Notes: generated by a model from the letters alone, not told the origin. A stretch of 64,000 bases of DNA from Opitutales bacterium (GCA_965197745.1 CBDANS010000005.1:192001-256000), one strand, 5' to 3'. Positions 31,457 through 42,220 are shown, counted from the first letter of the stretch. Translations and numbers: made by a program.

Positions 31457-32474
31457 TGGCGTGACTGCCGAGGACTGGACCATTGCCAGTGAGAGTCTTT
31501 CCGTAAATAAGAACGGAAAGACGAATGAAACAGAAAAGACACAACACCGAGCAGATCATAGCAATCCTGCGCGAAGTAGACAGCGGCAGAGGCATCCAGG
31601 AAGTCTGCCGTGAGCACAACATCAGTGCTCAAAGCTACCATCGCTGGCGAAAAAAATATGGGCAGATGGACCTACGCAATGCGAGGCGGCTAAAGGAACT
31701 TGAAGGCGAGAACACGGAACTGAAAAAGATGTTAGCCGAGCAGATGTTAAAGAATCGGGTATTGGAGGAAGTGAATAAAAAAAAATGGTAAGCTCGTCGC
31801 ATAAGAAAGAAGCGGTCAAGCATGTGGTAGGGCAAGGGTTTTGCTCGCTGCGGCGGGCCTGCAGGTATCTTCGGCTCCATCGCTCAACTTATCTCTACGA
31901 GTGCAAGCGAGAATCTTATGGTACTCAGACAATGGTGAGACGAATCATTAGAATTTCAAAGGTACATTCGCGTTATTGCTATCGTCGTATTCGTGCCCTA
32001 ATGGACAAAGAGGGGTGGAAGGTAAGCCGTAAATTCGTGCAAAAAGTGCGAAGAGCTGAAGGGCTTGGAGTGAAACCCTCTCGTCGCCGACAGAGACGAC
32101 GAGGGCACTCTACTGGGCTCCCTACCAAAGCAGTAAAGCCGAACCATGTATGGAGTTGGGATTTTGTTGCCGACCACACCGATCGCGGAGGACAACTGCG
32201 GATGATGACTTTGATCGATGAATATACTCGTAAATGCCTGGCCATAAAGGTATCTCGTTCGCTCAAAAGCGAAAACGTGTTGCAAGTCTTAGTCGAAGCT
32301 ATTGAAGTGTATGGCAGCCCCCCATGCATCCGTTCCGATAAAGATTCGCAGTTCGTAGCACAAAAAGTCAGAGAAGCACTCCTAAATAACCAGATCGATA
32401 TTATCTACATCGACCCTGGCAGCCCTTTGGCAGAATGGCTATGTTGAATCCTTTAAACCATCGACGGCGTGACG
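31457..32474 (+). mobile_element. IS3-family element C, 3'-truncated (orfA 31525-31791; orfB about 31788-32474)
   Basis: IRL-like TGGCGTGACTGCCGAGGACTGGACCA; A9 slippery site at the orfA/orfB junction; WSWDF and DEYTR; frameshift at PW. Confidence 0.88.
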
Positions 32475-32739
32475 TACCGAGGAACGTAGTAATGCCATAG
32501 CGAAGCACTCCTGTACCCCGGTGGCCTGGGCGGATCGGTGGAATGGTGCGGAGTCTCGGAGACTGCCACGGATGCATCGTTTTGAGGATTCTCGTATAAC
32601 GCAAATAAACGACCGTTTGGATCAATAAAAAAATTGATTTAAAGGGTTGACTTATTTAATATTTTTATCACAATATAGTGCAGAACTACAATTATTTAAG
32701 AAATGAGATAATTCAAAGGGAATCAAAGGAATCACGCAG

Positions 32740-32988
32740 ATGCTCCCCCAAAGAAAGGATAATAAGATGAAAGTAAAAGATGATCTAAGCATAGCGGAAA
32801 AAATCAAAGCGGATTCACTATCAATTCAGCATCACGCTTTGCACATTAGCGAGTCGATGACTTCTTACGCTCGCTATAATGAACCACCATCAAAGGCAGC
32901 GTTAGAGGAAGTTATAGAAACGTTGCAAGAAATTAGCATTCTTACGGAAAACCTTGAAGCTGATATTTCCGACCAGGATCAAAATTGA
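32740..32988 (+). CDS. Small hypothetical protein
   Basis: ORF with AAGGA SD before ATG 32768; helical, acidic. Confidence 0.45.
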   Translation: MLPQRKDNKMKVKDDLSIAEKIKADSLSIQHHALHISESMTSYARYNEPPSKAALEEVIETLQEISILTENLEADISDQDQN

Positions 32989-33012
32989 TTTATAGAACGA
33001 AAGGAAAAATAG

Positions 33013-33663
33013 ATGAAGGATGAAAAGATCGTGTGGGGCTATTGCCGGGTATCGACAACGGGCCAGGATTACCAGGGGCAAAAAGCTTCAATCTATGAGT
33101 ACGCCAATAAGCAGGGTTGGCAAATAGACCGCGTTTTGCAAACGACGGTGGGTAGTCGCAAGGGTGAGAAGGAACGTGGTATTGATGTTCTAAAGGATGC
33201 GGTACTGGAGGGTAAGGTCGATGTAATAATCTTCAGTGAATTATCGAGACTTGCCCGGAGCGTTGGCCAGATATGCCGCTTAGTTGAATTCTTTGTAAAA
33301 GACAGTGGGGCCTCGCTGCATTTCGTTAAGGAGGGTTTGGTTTTGGAGGATGGCAAGCGTGATGTAGGGACTAAGGTTACCTTCTTTATGTTCTCGATGC
33401 TCGCGGAGATTGAGCGTGATTTAATTAGTGAGCGAACGCGTGAAGCTTTGGCTGCACGAAAGGCTCAGGGCGTGGTTCTCGGTCGTAGAAGGGGTAGTCG
33501 GATTTTGAACGGCCGTGGCAATGAGATCCGGGACAAGATTGACCAAGGTGTGAAACAATATCGCATTGCCGAGGAACTCCATTGCTCCCCGAATACACTT
33601 TCGACGTGGTTAAAAGAGAACCGCAATGCCAAGGGTTGGATTATCAAAGAGGATGCATCGTGA
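33013..33663 (+). CDS. Resolvase/invertase-type serine recombinase
   Basis: GYCRVST..Q, SELSRLAR, AEIERDLISERTREAL and C-terminal HTH. Confidence 0.93.
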   Translation: MKDEKIVWGYCRVSTTGQDYQGQKASIYEYANKQGWQIDRVLQTTVGSRKGEKERGIDVLKDAVLEGKVDVIIFSELSRLARSVGQICRLVEFFVKDSGASLHFVKEGLVLEDGKRDVGTKVTFFMFSMLAEIERDLISERTREALAARKAQGVVLGRRRGSRILNGRGNEIRDKIDQGVKQYRIAEELHCSPNTLSTWLKENRNAKGWIIKEDAS

Positions 33664-33809
33664 AGCGTGTATCAAAGCCTAAAGAACCTAAAGAACTTAA
33701 AAGAAAAAGAGATAAAGCTAGGAGCCGGTTTGTCAGCGATGGTAAAGGAGTTCGGGACGTTGTGTATGACCCGCCCAGAAAGAAAGGGAAGAGTAATGCT
33801 AGTAATTAA
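33660..33809 (+). CDS. Small basic protein (49 aa), partner of paralog 1
   Basis: GTGA overlap with the resolvase stop; its stop overlaps the paralog 1 start. Confidence 0.45.
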   Translation: MKRVSKPKEPKELKRKRDKARSRFVSDGKGVRDVVYDPPRKKGKSNASN

Positions 33810-34059
33810 GATTGAGGATGAAGTGCTGACTTACAATCGGCGGCAGAGTAAATGGGTCTGTTCTGATCGAGTGCTCGAAGCCGTTGCCAACAACATGTTA
33901 CCCGAAGGGCGGATGTCGCACGAAGTTATATTTATGGAAGAGGGTGGGACAGAGGGCTTCGTGCTGCGGTACATGGAAAAGATATGGGACGACGATCTTG
34001 AAGTCATTGCTTATGACCCCGACCCCCCGCCCGAATCAGAGGAGGGAATTGTTTATTAA
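33796..34059 (+). CDS. Small acidic protein, paralog 1 of 3
   Basis: MLVIKIEDEVL...W..SD.VL...EGGxEG...W..L.V...PxPPP; start reassigned by alignment. Confidence 0.75.
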   Translation: MLVIKIEDEVLTYNRRQSKWVCSDRVLEAVANNMLPEGRMSHEVIFMEEGGTEGFVLRYMEKIWDDDLEVIAYDPDPPPESEEGIVY

Positions 34060-34093
34060 GGGTAAAATAATGATAACATAACAAAGGAAATAT

Positions 34094-34237
34094 ATGCCAA
34101 AACAACCACTTGAGAAAGATAACATTGACGATTTGACAGAGGAGGAATTGCGGGAGCGTGCGAAGCGGTTCGTGTTTGAGCCGGATGACATCATTGTTAT
34201 TGATGACGGAGAGGAAGAGGAAGATGCTGGTAATTAA
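34094..34237 (+). CDS. Small acidic protein (47 aa), partner of paralog 2; absent from the ORF track
   Basis: AAGGA SD; MPKQPLEKDNIDDLTEEELRERAKRFVFEPDDIIVIDDGEEEEDAGN. Confidence 0.55.
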   Translation: MPKQPLEKDNIDDLTEEELRERAKRFVFEPDDIIVIDDGEEEEDAGN

Positions 34238-34484
34238 GATAGATGATGAGGTGCTCACCTTTGATCTACGCAAGTGGGAATGGGTAAGCTCTGATGAAGT
34301 GCTGGCTTCCGTGCTTAATGGGATGATTCCCTACGATGAGATAAGCGGAGTTGAAATGGCGTTTGTTAATCGTGGCGTGGAGGGGGCTGTTTTGGACCAT
34401 TTCAAAGAGATCTGGCCTGAACTTAAAGTAGTGGTGTTTGAACCCGAACCTCCGCCTCCGCAGATCCCTGGTGTCCTGTATTGA
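34224..34484 (+). CDS. Small acidic protein, paralog 2 of 3
   Basis: MLVIKIDDEVL...WVSSD...IWPELKVVVFEPEPPPP. Confidence 0.75.
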   Translation: MLVIKIDDEVLTFDLRKWEWVSSDEVLASVLNGMIPYDEISGVEMAFVNRGVEGAVLDHFKEIWPELKVVVFEPEPPPPQIPGVLY

Positions 34485-34518
34485 GGGTGAAATAATGATA
34501 ACATAACAAAGGAAGAAG

Positions 34519-34794
34519 ATGCTAGTAATTAAGGTATGTGACGAGGTTCTTATATTTGGGCCAGACGGGGAATGGGTGAGTTCGGATAATAAGGTATTGG
34601 CCGACACTCTCAACGCTATGTTTCTCGATGATTATGGGAATCCTGCCATAGTATTTTCAGAGGGTGGCAATGAGGGACTAATATTGCGTCATCTGCAGAC
34701 GATCTGGCCTGAGCTTGAGGTGTTGGTCTTTGAACCCGAACCTCCACCTCCGGAGAGGCCTGGTATTTTGTATTCCTGTAACGAGGAGGGTTGA
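34519..34794 (+). CDS. Small acidic protein, paralog 3 of 3
   Basis: MLVIKVCDEVL...WVSSD...IWPELEVLVFEPEPPPP. Confidence 0.75.
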   Translation: MLVIKVCDEVLIFGPDGEWVSSDNKVLADTLNAMFLDDYGNPAIVFSEGGNEGLILRHLQTIWPELEVLVFEPEPPPPERPGILYSCNEEG

Positions 34795-34854
34795 AACGGT
34801 TTGACTGAAAGGCGGTGTTTTGGTACGCCGCCGTGGGGCCCGTAAGGGCCAACT

Positions 34855-35235
34855 ATGGAGAAATCACAACAGGAATCGAAGAAGCGAAGCAAAGCCACGC
34901 CCACGCCCAGAAGACGGCTGCCAGTAACCTATGTGCCTAAGTTATGGACACAGGCAGATTTGAGAATGGCTTCGGTCCGAACGATTAGGAGTCGATATGA
35001 AGAATTCGTCAGTGATTCCAATGCGGTGTCAGTAATGAAAAAATCACTTTGTGACCGTGCTGCATTTCTATCTGTCTACATCGAAACGCTGGAAGTGATT
35101 GCCGTTGAGACGGGTGAACTTGAGAGCGGATCTTATGTTTAGGCGGTCAATGCTTACTTAGGGCTTCTCAAGACGCTGGGACTTGATAAGGCAACCACTG
35201 AAATAACTTTGAAGGCATACCAGAATGCGAATTAA
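34855..35235 (+). pseudogene. Terminase-small-subunit-like protein with internal TAG (35140-35142)
   Basis: The frame continues past the TAG as AVNAYLGLLKTLGL...; directly upstream of and overlapping terL. Confidence 0.55.
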
Positions 35236-36250
35236 CAACATCATCGAGGCCATTGAGGACGAGAACATTTTTAAGCCCTTCCTGGGCGATTTGGATTCAT
35301 GGCAGGGTTGGTTGACCGCCCTGCAGGTGCTTTACGGATAGGATATGAAGTCAACGAAGGACAAAGCCAATCTCATCTGCCTTTGCACCGGCTGGGAGCG
35401 AAAGCCCCAGTTTGAACCTGGAGGTTTTAAAACAGCTTTGTTTCTGATCGGTAGAAGAGGAGGGAAGTCACGTGTCATTTCCATTGTTGGAGCATTCGAG
35501 GCCATCTTGGCAGAGCATGACAAAAAATTGGCCAAAGGTGAGAAAGGGATTTTACCGATCATAGCCCCGACCAAGGCACAGGCCGGAATCATCAAGAATT
35601 ACCTGCGCTCGATCTTTGAAACAGACATCCTCAAGAATGAAATTGCGGAGGAGACAAGAGACGGATTTGACCTGATAAATAATATCTCTGTGCGGGTCAT
35701 GGCCGGCGATTTCAGAACCGTTAGGGGCTTCACTTTGGTATGCTCAATAATTGATGAGGCTTGTTTTTTTGGTGTGGAGGAGGGAGCCAAGATCAGATCC
35801 GATACCGAGTTGATCCGAGCAGTCCGGCCGGGGCTCTCCACGCTCGGAGGACGCATGATCGTAATCTCCAGTCCATACGCTGAAAAGGGATGGTGCTATG
35901 AGCAGTACTGTTCGCATTTCGCAAATAAACCAAGTGGTGTTTTGGTTTGGAATGCTGCCTCAAGGACAATGAACCCCACGTTGCTCCAATCGGTGGTTGA
36001 TGATGCTTTGAGAGAAGACAAGAACTCAGCCAGAAGTGAGTACTTGGGCGAATTCAGGGATGATATTTCGGACAACCTGCGCCGCGCCGCGGTCGTGACC
36101 TGCGTTATCGCGGGAGAAACGACCGGGATAGAGTCCCAGAAAGGAAGCTCAGTTTGTAGCATAAACCCCTCCCTTTCACATCACACGCATCAAACAAACA
36201 CGCCTCACAATGCACATTACGCAAATGAGCCGAGTCTACAATCCAACTGA
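35225..36250 (+). pseudogene. Terminase large subunit ATPase domain, internal TAG (35339-35341), nuclease domain missing
   Basis: Walker A GRRGGKS, IAPTKAQA, Walker B IIDE, ISSP, and N-terminal frame from ATG 35225. Confidence 0.8.
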
Positions 36251-36285
36251 TAAGGTAAATCCCTCTCAATTCTGTTGTCAAAAGT

Positions 36286-36804
36286 ATGAATACATCCGTT
36301 TTAGCTCAGCTCCACCGTAGGGGCGTTCACCTTTTGAGGATAAACTCTGCCCCGTTCCTGCCTTTCAAGGGAGACTCGAAATACCTTCCAAGTTTGATCC
36401 AACTGCGCCAACACGTCAGGAAGGGAGGCCTGATCGGCATGAGCCCTGGCCCCGATAGCATAGCCGTGATGAAAGTCTCTGGCAAAGAGTCGAGTGTGGT
36501 TTTCGATGCCCTGGTGGGATACGATCCGCTTTGCATCTCTCGGAGCGCAGGCAACGGGTTCTTGTTCTGGTTTGGTGATCATGTGGGGGAACTCAAGGGA
36601 TTGTTAAAGTGGGAGTTCATGGGGGCCAGGGGTAGCGTTGTTTGCGGCAAACGATGGTTCATACTGGCCGACTTGGGCAAGGCTTATGTCGAGTCGATCC
36701 AAAAGGGCCGCGTTAGTGACGATCACCCTTTACCCCTGGAATTGCTAAGAGGAGGATCGCAAGCGCACTCGGCCGCAAGCGGGGATGCGAAACTCTTTGA
36801 CTGA
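36286..36804 (+). CDS. Hypothetical protein, possibly a divergent prim-pol-like fold
   Basis: GLIGMSPG..SIAV and SRSAGNGFLFWF loosely resemble prim-pol motifs but lack the DxD and His residues. Confidence 0.35.
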   Translation: MNTSVLAQLHRRGVHLLRINSAPFLPFKGDSKYLPSLIQLRQHVRKGGLIGMSPGPDSIAVMKVSGKESSVVFDALVGYDPLCISRSAGNGFLFWFGDHVGELKGLLKWEFMGARGSVVCGKRWFILADLGKAYVESIQKGRVSDDHPLPLELLRGGSQAHSAASGDAKLFD

Positions 36805-37211
36805 AAGGTGTTCCTGGTCCTGTGCAACTGCGATAAAACCCCGTTGTGATAGGGCTGGAACACAGGGAACTTGGCCCCAATATTGGATGCGGTCCTTAAA
36901 CACGACGTGGCCGCGGGCTTTACAGGGTGGATCCCGTGGATAAGCAATCCTTAAAGAGTACCTGAACGAATTCATGTAATATCATTGGCATTGATTCAAG
37001 TTCAACACATTCTCCCGCGTAAAAATTGCTTCGTGAATGGTGGTACATACATGGATTCGAGAAAAGGACTTGAGTGTTATCTCTATTTCGAGTACAGATA
37101 CGTGCTGGATTCCAGCATGTATTCCAACATGGCCAAAGCTTGGGCACATCCGCGCTCGGTGTGACAAAAAAGTAAGAACTCCTTAACGACACCGAAAAGA
37201 AAGACAACACA

Positions 37212-37924
37212 ATGAGTGAATTCCTTAGTCCTGCAGTTCAGGCGCAGAACATTATTCGATACGTTTGTGATAAAATTATTGAATCAAGAAATGTTATTCC
37301 TGAACTCTCTGGCGACTTGCACAGTGAGATCGGTGCACCAAGCAGTGATCTTGCCTTTAAGCTGATAGTGGAATTGGTGGAAAAGGGAGTTCTCAATGAT
37401 GGTACTAACGGAAAAATTCACCCAGCAGCTTCTGCTCTCAGGAACGTTAACCTAACTCTTGAAGGATGGGAAAAGTACGAAGCGGAGAAACGTGGCAGGT
37501 TCGATGGAAACTACGGTTTCATTGCTATGAAGTTTGGCGATGACGATCTCGACGACCTTGTTCAGAACGTTGTGAAACCTACATTGAAAGAAGGTATCGG
37601 CTACGAACTCTATAATATGAAGGATGTCTCGCGGGCGGGGATTATAGATGACACATTATGCGCGTTCAAATCAGAGACTCTGCGTTCGTCATTGCCGAAC
37701 TAACGCACGACAATCCTGGCGCCTATTGGGAAGCAGGATACGCGGAAGGTTTAGGTAAGCCCGTAATCTATATCTGCAAAAAAGAAAAATTCGACGAGAT
37801 ATCAACCCACTTCGACACAAATCACTGTACAACGGTTTTATGGTCCAGAGACAACGATGAGGGCTTCCAGCAAGAATTGATTGCCACACTTCGCCGCTCC
37901 CTCGATCTCAGATCAGAAGTGTGA
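37212..37924 (+). pseudogene. wHTH plus nucleoside-2-deoxyribosyltransferase/TIR-like protein, frameshifted near 37655
   Basis: FIAMKFG...AGIID joins MRVQIRDSAFVIAELTHDNPGAYWEAGYAEGLGKPVI...HFDTNH. Confidence 0.75.
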
Positions 37925-37973
37925 GACAGTCGCTCACCTGTAGAGGCACATGGATCACAAAGCTTTACATTAC

Positions 37974-39304
37974 TGATCGGACCACGTTTTTCGTACCAAT
38001 TTTTAAGTGAGAGAGTTACCGAGTGTTGATGGTTTTAGGATTGATGTATATGAGAAATCTTGGCGAAGTGAGGGCGTAGCCCTAACGCGGCCAGGATCTG
38101 AAAGGAATCTGACAAACTCTTGCGGGCTTTTAAAGCCTAAACGACTGTAAGGATGTTCATGATTAATAGGTATGACGCCATTGTTCGATTACCACTTGAG
38201 CTTCAGCCACGCTGAGCAACACTTCGCGATTCAAACACTCATCGCGTAAGCGGTTGTGAAACGACTCAATGAAACCATTTGTTATTCTCGCTTTGGCTCG
38301 TTGAGGTGTCGCTTCGCTCGGTAGCCAGGGACTGCCCGGATCGATATAGATCGCCTTGATGTTTTTGTCGGACAACCACTGCTGCACCTGATGAGCAATG
38401 AATGGCTTCGCATGTCGTCGCTTCGCTCCTCGGGACACTGCCGTTATCACTACGGATATAGCTGGGAGCTCCCTCCTCTTCAATGGCCTCGCTAAGCACA
38501 GAGAGGACATCGGATGAGGTGAGTTGACGAGCTACCCGGATACTCAGATATTTACGCGTATATTCATCGATCAGAGTCATCATCTTTAATGGACCGCCAT
38601 TGTCTGTGCGGTCATGGACAAAGTCCCAAGACCAGACGTGATTGCGCCCCTGTAGAGACCCCTTGACGGTGTCTACGCTTTTTCGGTGGCTTTATCTGCA
38701 GCCCTTCTGAACGTCGTACCGCCTGGACAAACTTCCTGCTTGTTGCCCAGCCTTCCTTTACCAGCAAGGCACGGATGCGCCGGTAACCGTAGCAGGGATG
38801 TTCCCAGGACAGGGTTACAATCCGCTCGGTCAACCTCTGAGCTTTCTTACTGGCTTGCTTGGGCCGGTAGCTGTACGTTGACCAACTGAGGCTGAGATAA
38901 GCACAAGCCCTCCGCAACGAGCACAGCCCTCTGTCAGCCGCATCTTTTACTACTCGCTTCTTCTGCTTTGGGCTCACCACTTTTTTGATAGCGTTTCCTC
39001 CATCACCTGATTCTTGAGCATTTGATCAGCGAGCAGTTTCTTCAACTCGGTGTTTTCTTTTTCCAGCTCTTTAAATCGCTTCGCATCGGCCAGTTCCAAG
39101 TTGCCATACTTTTTACGCCAGCGATAGAAGGTCTGTTCACTTAGGTTGTTGCTGCGGCAGATTTCCTCTACCGTTTTACCGGTGTCGGCCTGCCGAAGTA
39201 TTCCTATAATCTGTTCTGTTGTGTATCTTTTTCTTTTCATTGAGGTTATCTGTTTATCCCGATAACCTCTCTCTGTAAATGATACGATTTTTGGGGGCAC
39301 ATCA
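37974..39304 (-). mobile_element. IS3-family element D (defective; orfA about 38974-39240)
   Basis: TGAT...TCGTA imperfect IRs; A6G slippery site; orfB broken by a deletion and by 32-nt and 43-nt inserts. Confidence 0.88.
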
Positions 39305-39412
39305 GTGACGTCTGATTACTGATAACTGTAATTCAATTGTTTTTCTTTGACTCATAACACTTAACTCTCAACTTTGCTTACCCTTTTCCGTTAGGTTTCA
39401 TAGTCAGACATT

Positions 39413-40504
39413 TTGAAATATAATCCTTATTCTTATTTTACTTTTGGGTTTTTAACTTTGCTGCTTTCTGTACTGCATACTGGAGGTGAGGATATAAAAA
39501 AATCTTCAGCTAAAACGGTCGACCATCCGCAAAACATTCAAAGCCCTGCAGGTATGTTATGGATTCCAGGTGGCGCTTTTATGATGGGAGATGACACAGG
39601 GAATAAGGTAATGCCGCATGGCGGCTATAACAATGAGAGCCCTGTTCATGAGGTGAAGCTCGATGGATTCTGGATAGATATGACTCCCGTGATAAACGAA
39701 CAATACGCGAAGTTTGTGGAAGAGACAGGTTACATTACCTATTCAGAACAAAAGCCCAAAGCGGAAGATTGGCCGGGTGCACTACCTGAGATGCTTATTC
39801 CCGCATCGATTGTTTTTAAACAACCCACCGGCAAAGTTGACATGAGAAATTTATATAACTGGTGGGAATATAAACCAGGTGCAAATTGGCGACATCCCGA
39901 AGGACTGGAAAGCAGTATCGAAGAGAGAATGAATCATCCCGTGGTACATGTGACCTATGATGACGCAATGGCTTATTGCAAATGGGCAGGTAAGGAGATG
40001 CCTACCGAAGCACAATGGGAGTACGCAGCACGTGGTCGCTTGGATAATAAGGTATACACATGGGGAGATCAACCCGAGCATCTTGAGAATAAAGTGATGA
40101 ATTATTGGGAAGGGAATTTCCCTTACGAAAACAGTGGCAACGATGGCCATAGTATTACATCACCTGTTGGCAGTTATCCACCCAACGGATACGGTCTTTA
40201 TGACATGGCCGGCAATGTCTGGGAATGGGTATCAGATTGGTATCATCCCCGGTATTATGAAGTCAGCTCTAAAGAAAACCCTACAGGAGTTATTAAAGAA
40301 CATAGCCTTGATCCTAATGAACCCGGTATTCCAAAACGCATTGTTAAAGGCGGATCATTCTTATGCAGCGAAAATTATTGTACCGGATTCAGGCCGAGTG
40401 CCCGTATGGCTACAGACCCACGATCCAGTTCTAATCACACGGGTTTCCGTTGTGTCGTGACGCAGAAGATGCGGGGAAATATAAATTTCCCAAAATACAA
40501 ATGA
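39413..40504 (+). CDS. Formylglycine-generating enzyme (SUMF1/FGE) family protein
   Basis: PTEAQWEYAAR, DMAGNVWEW and KGGSFLCSENYC..FRPSAR (Cys pair present). Confidence 0.92.
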   Translation: MKYNPYSYFTFGFLTLLLSVLHTGGEDIKKSSAKTVDHPQNIQSPAGMLWIPGGAFMMGDDTGNKVMPHGGYNNESPVHEVKLDGFWIDMTPVINEQYAKFVEETGYITYSEQKPKAEDWPGALPEMLIPASIVFKQPTGKVDMRNLYNWWEYKPGANWRHPEGLESSIEERMNHPVVHVTYDDAMAYCKWAGKEMPTEAQWEYAARGRLDNKVYTWGDQPEHLENKVMNYWEGNFPYENSGNDGHSITSPVGSYPPNGYGLYDMAGNVWEWVSDWYHPRYYEVSSKENPTGVIKEHSLDPNEPGIPKRIVKGGSFLCSENYCTGFRPSARMATDPRSSSNHTGFRCVVTQKMRGNINFPKYK

Positions 40505-40660
40505 CAAAATACAAATAAATTCTAATGATTGAGAAACCAAAACGACAAAAAGGATAAAAGAATATCTGATTCCTTATTATTTAATACCGTTTGGTAATTT
40601 AGATTTTGTAATTTAAATATTATTTGAGATTTGTGATTTGTCTTTTTGTCATTTGAATTT
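40483..40660. repeat. AT-rich palindromic short-unit repeat element, copy 1
   Basis: ACAAA-rich arm followed by TTTGT-rich arm; perfect IR CAAATGACAAAA (40498-40509) / TTTTGTCATTTG (40644-40655). Confidence 0.7.
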
Positions 40661-40704
40661 CATGATTTTTCTTTTGACAATTTACCGATCAATCCGGTCC
40701 CACC

Positions 40705-41391
40705 ATGAGCCAATTTATCGACATACGACACGACGAAGAGCGTAATTTTCTTCGTGCCCTTAGATCTTACGACGAAGAACTGGTTAGCGCCGGTCGGGTT
40801 TTCATTGAGACGCTTCACGCAGCTGCCGAGCTTAAGGATTTAGGAAAATGTGTGACAGTATTCGGATCTGCCCGTTTTTCAGACGATCATCCTAGCTATG
40901 TACTGGCTCGCGAGATGGGAAGGCTGTTGGCGATCGATGGCTATACCGTGGTGACCGGAGGAGGTCCAGGAATCATGGAAGCAGCCAATCGCGGAGCTAA
41001 AGATGAGGGGGGCAGATCAATCGGTTGCAATATCAGTCTACCCAGGGAGCAAAAACCAAACCCCTATGTGGATCAGTTTGTTGAATTTGAACATTTCTTT
41101 GTACGCAAGATGATGCTGGTGAAACTCTCCTCCGCTTTTGTCGTTCTGCCTGGTGGATTTGGTACGCTTGATGAAGTTTTCGAGACGCTTACACTCATAC
41201 AGAACGGGAAGATCGAATCCTTTCCTCTCGTCGTCCTGGGTGGCAAGTTCTGGGACGCAATGAGCGAATTTATCACGAATACAATGATTCGTGAAGGAAC
41301 GATCGGTGAAGAAGATCTCAATCTTATTTCCTTCGCAGAGACTCCGCAGGAAGCGGTGCCATTCATCAAAGGCGATAAGAAATCAGAGTAA
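40705..41391 (+). CDS. LOG-family (TIGR00730-like) Rossmann-fold protein
   Basis: FGSAR, TGGGPGIMEAAN and PGGFGTLDE motifs. Confidence 0.92.
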   Translation: MSQFIDIRHDEERNFLRALRSYDEELVSAGRVFIETLHAAAELKDLGKCVTVFGSARFSDDHPSYVLAREMGRLLAIDGYTVVTGGGPGIMEAANRGAKDEGGRSIGCNISLPREQKPNPYVDQFVEFEHFFVRKMMLVKLSSAFVVLPGGFGTLDEVFETLTLIQNGKIESFPLVVLGGKFWDAMSEFITNTMIREGTIGEEDLNLISFAETPQEAVPFIKGDKKSE

Positions 41392-41399
41392 GGTGAAAT

Positions 41400-41556
41400 G
41401 AATTTAAGCACAAAATAACAAGTTACAAACCACAAATAAATTCCAGTAGCCAAAAAACCAATTTACACAAAATAATAATCGAAAACAGTTTGGTTATTTA
41501 GAAATTGTAGTTTGGCTATTATTCGAAATTTGTATTTTGATAAATTGAGATTTATT
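41400..41556. repeat. AT-rich palindromic short-unit repeat element, copy 2
   Basis: Shares ACAAATAAATTC and GTTTGGT with copy 1; internal IR TAGCCAAA/TTTGGCTA. Confidence 0.65.
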
Positions 41557-41566
41557 TAATAATATT

Positions 41567-42220
41567 TTGATTAATCATTCAGAAATTCATAAAAACTCGG
41601 CAAGTCGGATCATTGCGATTACGCTAATCTTTTCGATTGGATATACGATACTTCGCTACCACATCGTCGGTCCGGTACCGTGGAAAGATTTCCCCTTTTT
41701 TATTTTAAATAAAGGGGTCTCACTAAGTGCATTTATATTGCTGACTTTTAATTTCAGTTTGGGACCGTTGAAAAACCTGGGATTAAAAGTTCCTGAAAGC
41801 TGGCTCAATGCCCGCAATGCTTTAGGTATGAGCGGATTCTTGCTAGTGCTCATCCATGCATTAATGAGCTTCATGCTGTTTAATCCAAAAATATACGGAA
41901 AGTTTTTTGATCAAGACGGTTCGCTTACACTATTGGCAGGCATAAGTATGCTCGGTGGTGTTTTAGCCTTTGTCATTCTCTGGGGTTACAACCTGAGTTT
42001 TCTAACCCATCTGAGAGAAGACAAGGCATTCATCCAATTTATTACCACACGGAAATTCCTCCTAGTAGCGATGATACTCGGTGCAGTTCACTTGTTTTTT
42101 ATGGGCTACAAAGGTTGGCTCAACCCATCCAGCTGGCATGGCGGGCTGCCACCGATCAGTCTGGTGGCGTTTGCATTTTTTGTGAGCGGGTACATGATTA
42201 ATTTGTTTGGGAGAAAGTAA
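41567..42220 (+). CDS. Multi-TM membrane protein, ferric-reductase-like TM domain
   Basis: About 6 TM helices; RNALG, and His residues in LIH and AVH positioned like heme ligands. Confidence 0.6.
   Translation: MINHSEIHKNSASRIIAITLIFSIGYTILRYHIVGPVPWKDFPFFILNKGVSLSAFILLTFNFSLGPLKNLGLKVPESWLNARNALGMSGFLLVLIHALMSFMLFNPKIYGKFFDQDGSLTLLAGISMLGGVLAFVILWGYNLSFLTHLREDKAFIQFITTRKFLLVAMILGAVHLFFMGYKGWLNPSSWHGGLPPISLVAFAFFVSGYMINLFGRK

Noticed and set aside
33667..34223. Long N-terminal extensions on paralogs 1 and 2 as given by the ORF track
   Set aside because: Alignment of the three paralogs places the starts at MLVIK; the upstream DNA is better explained by separate small ORFs in another frame
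35225..36250. Complete prophage
   Set aside because: No portal, capsid, tail or lysis genes; the terminase is interrupted and truncated
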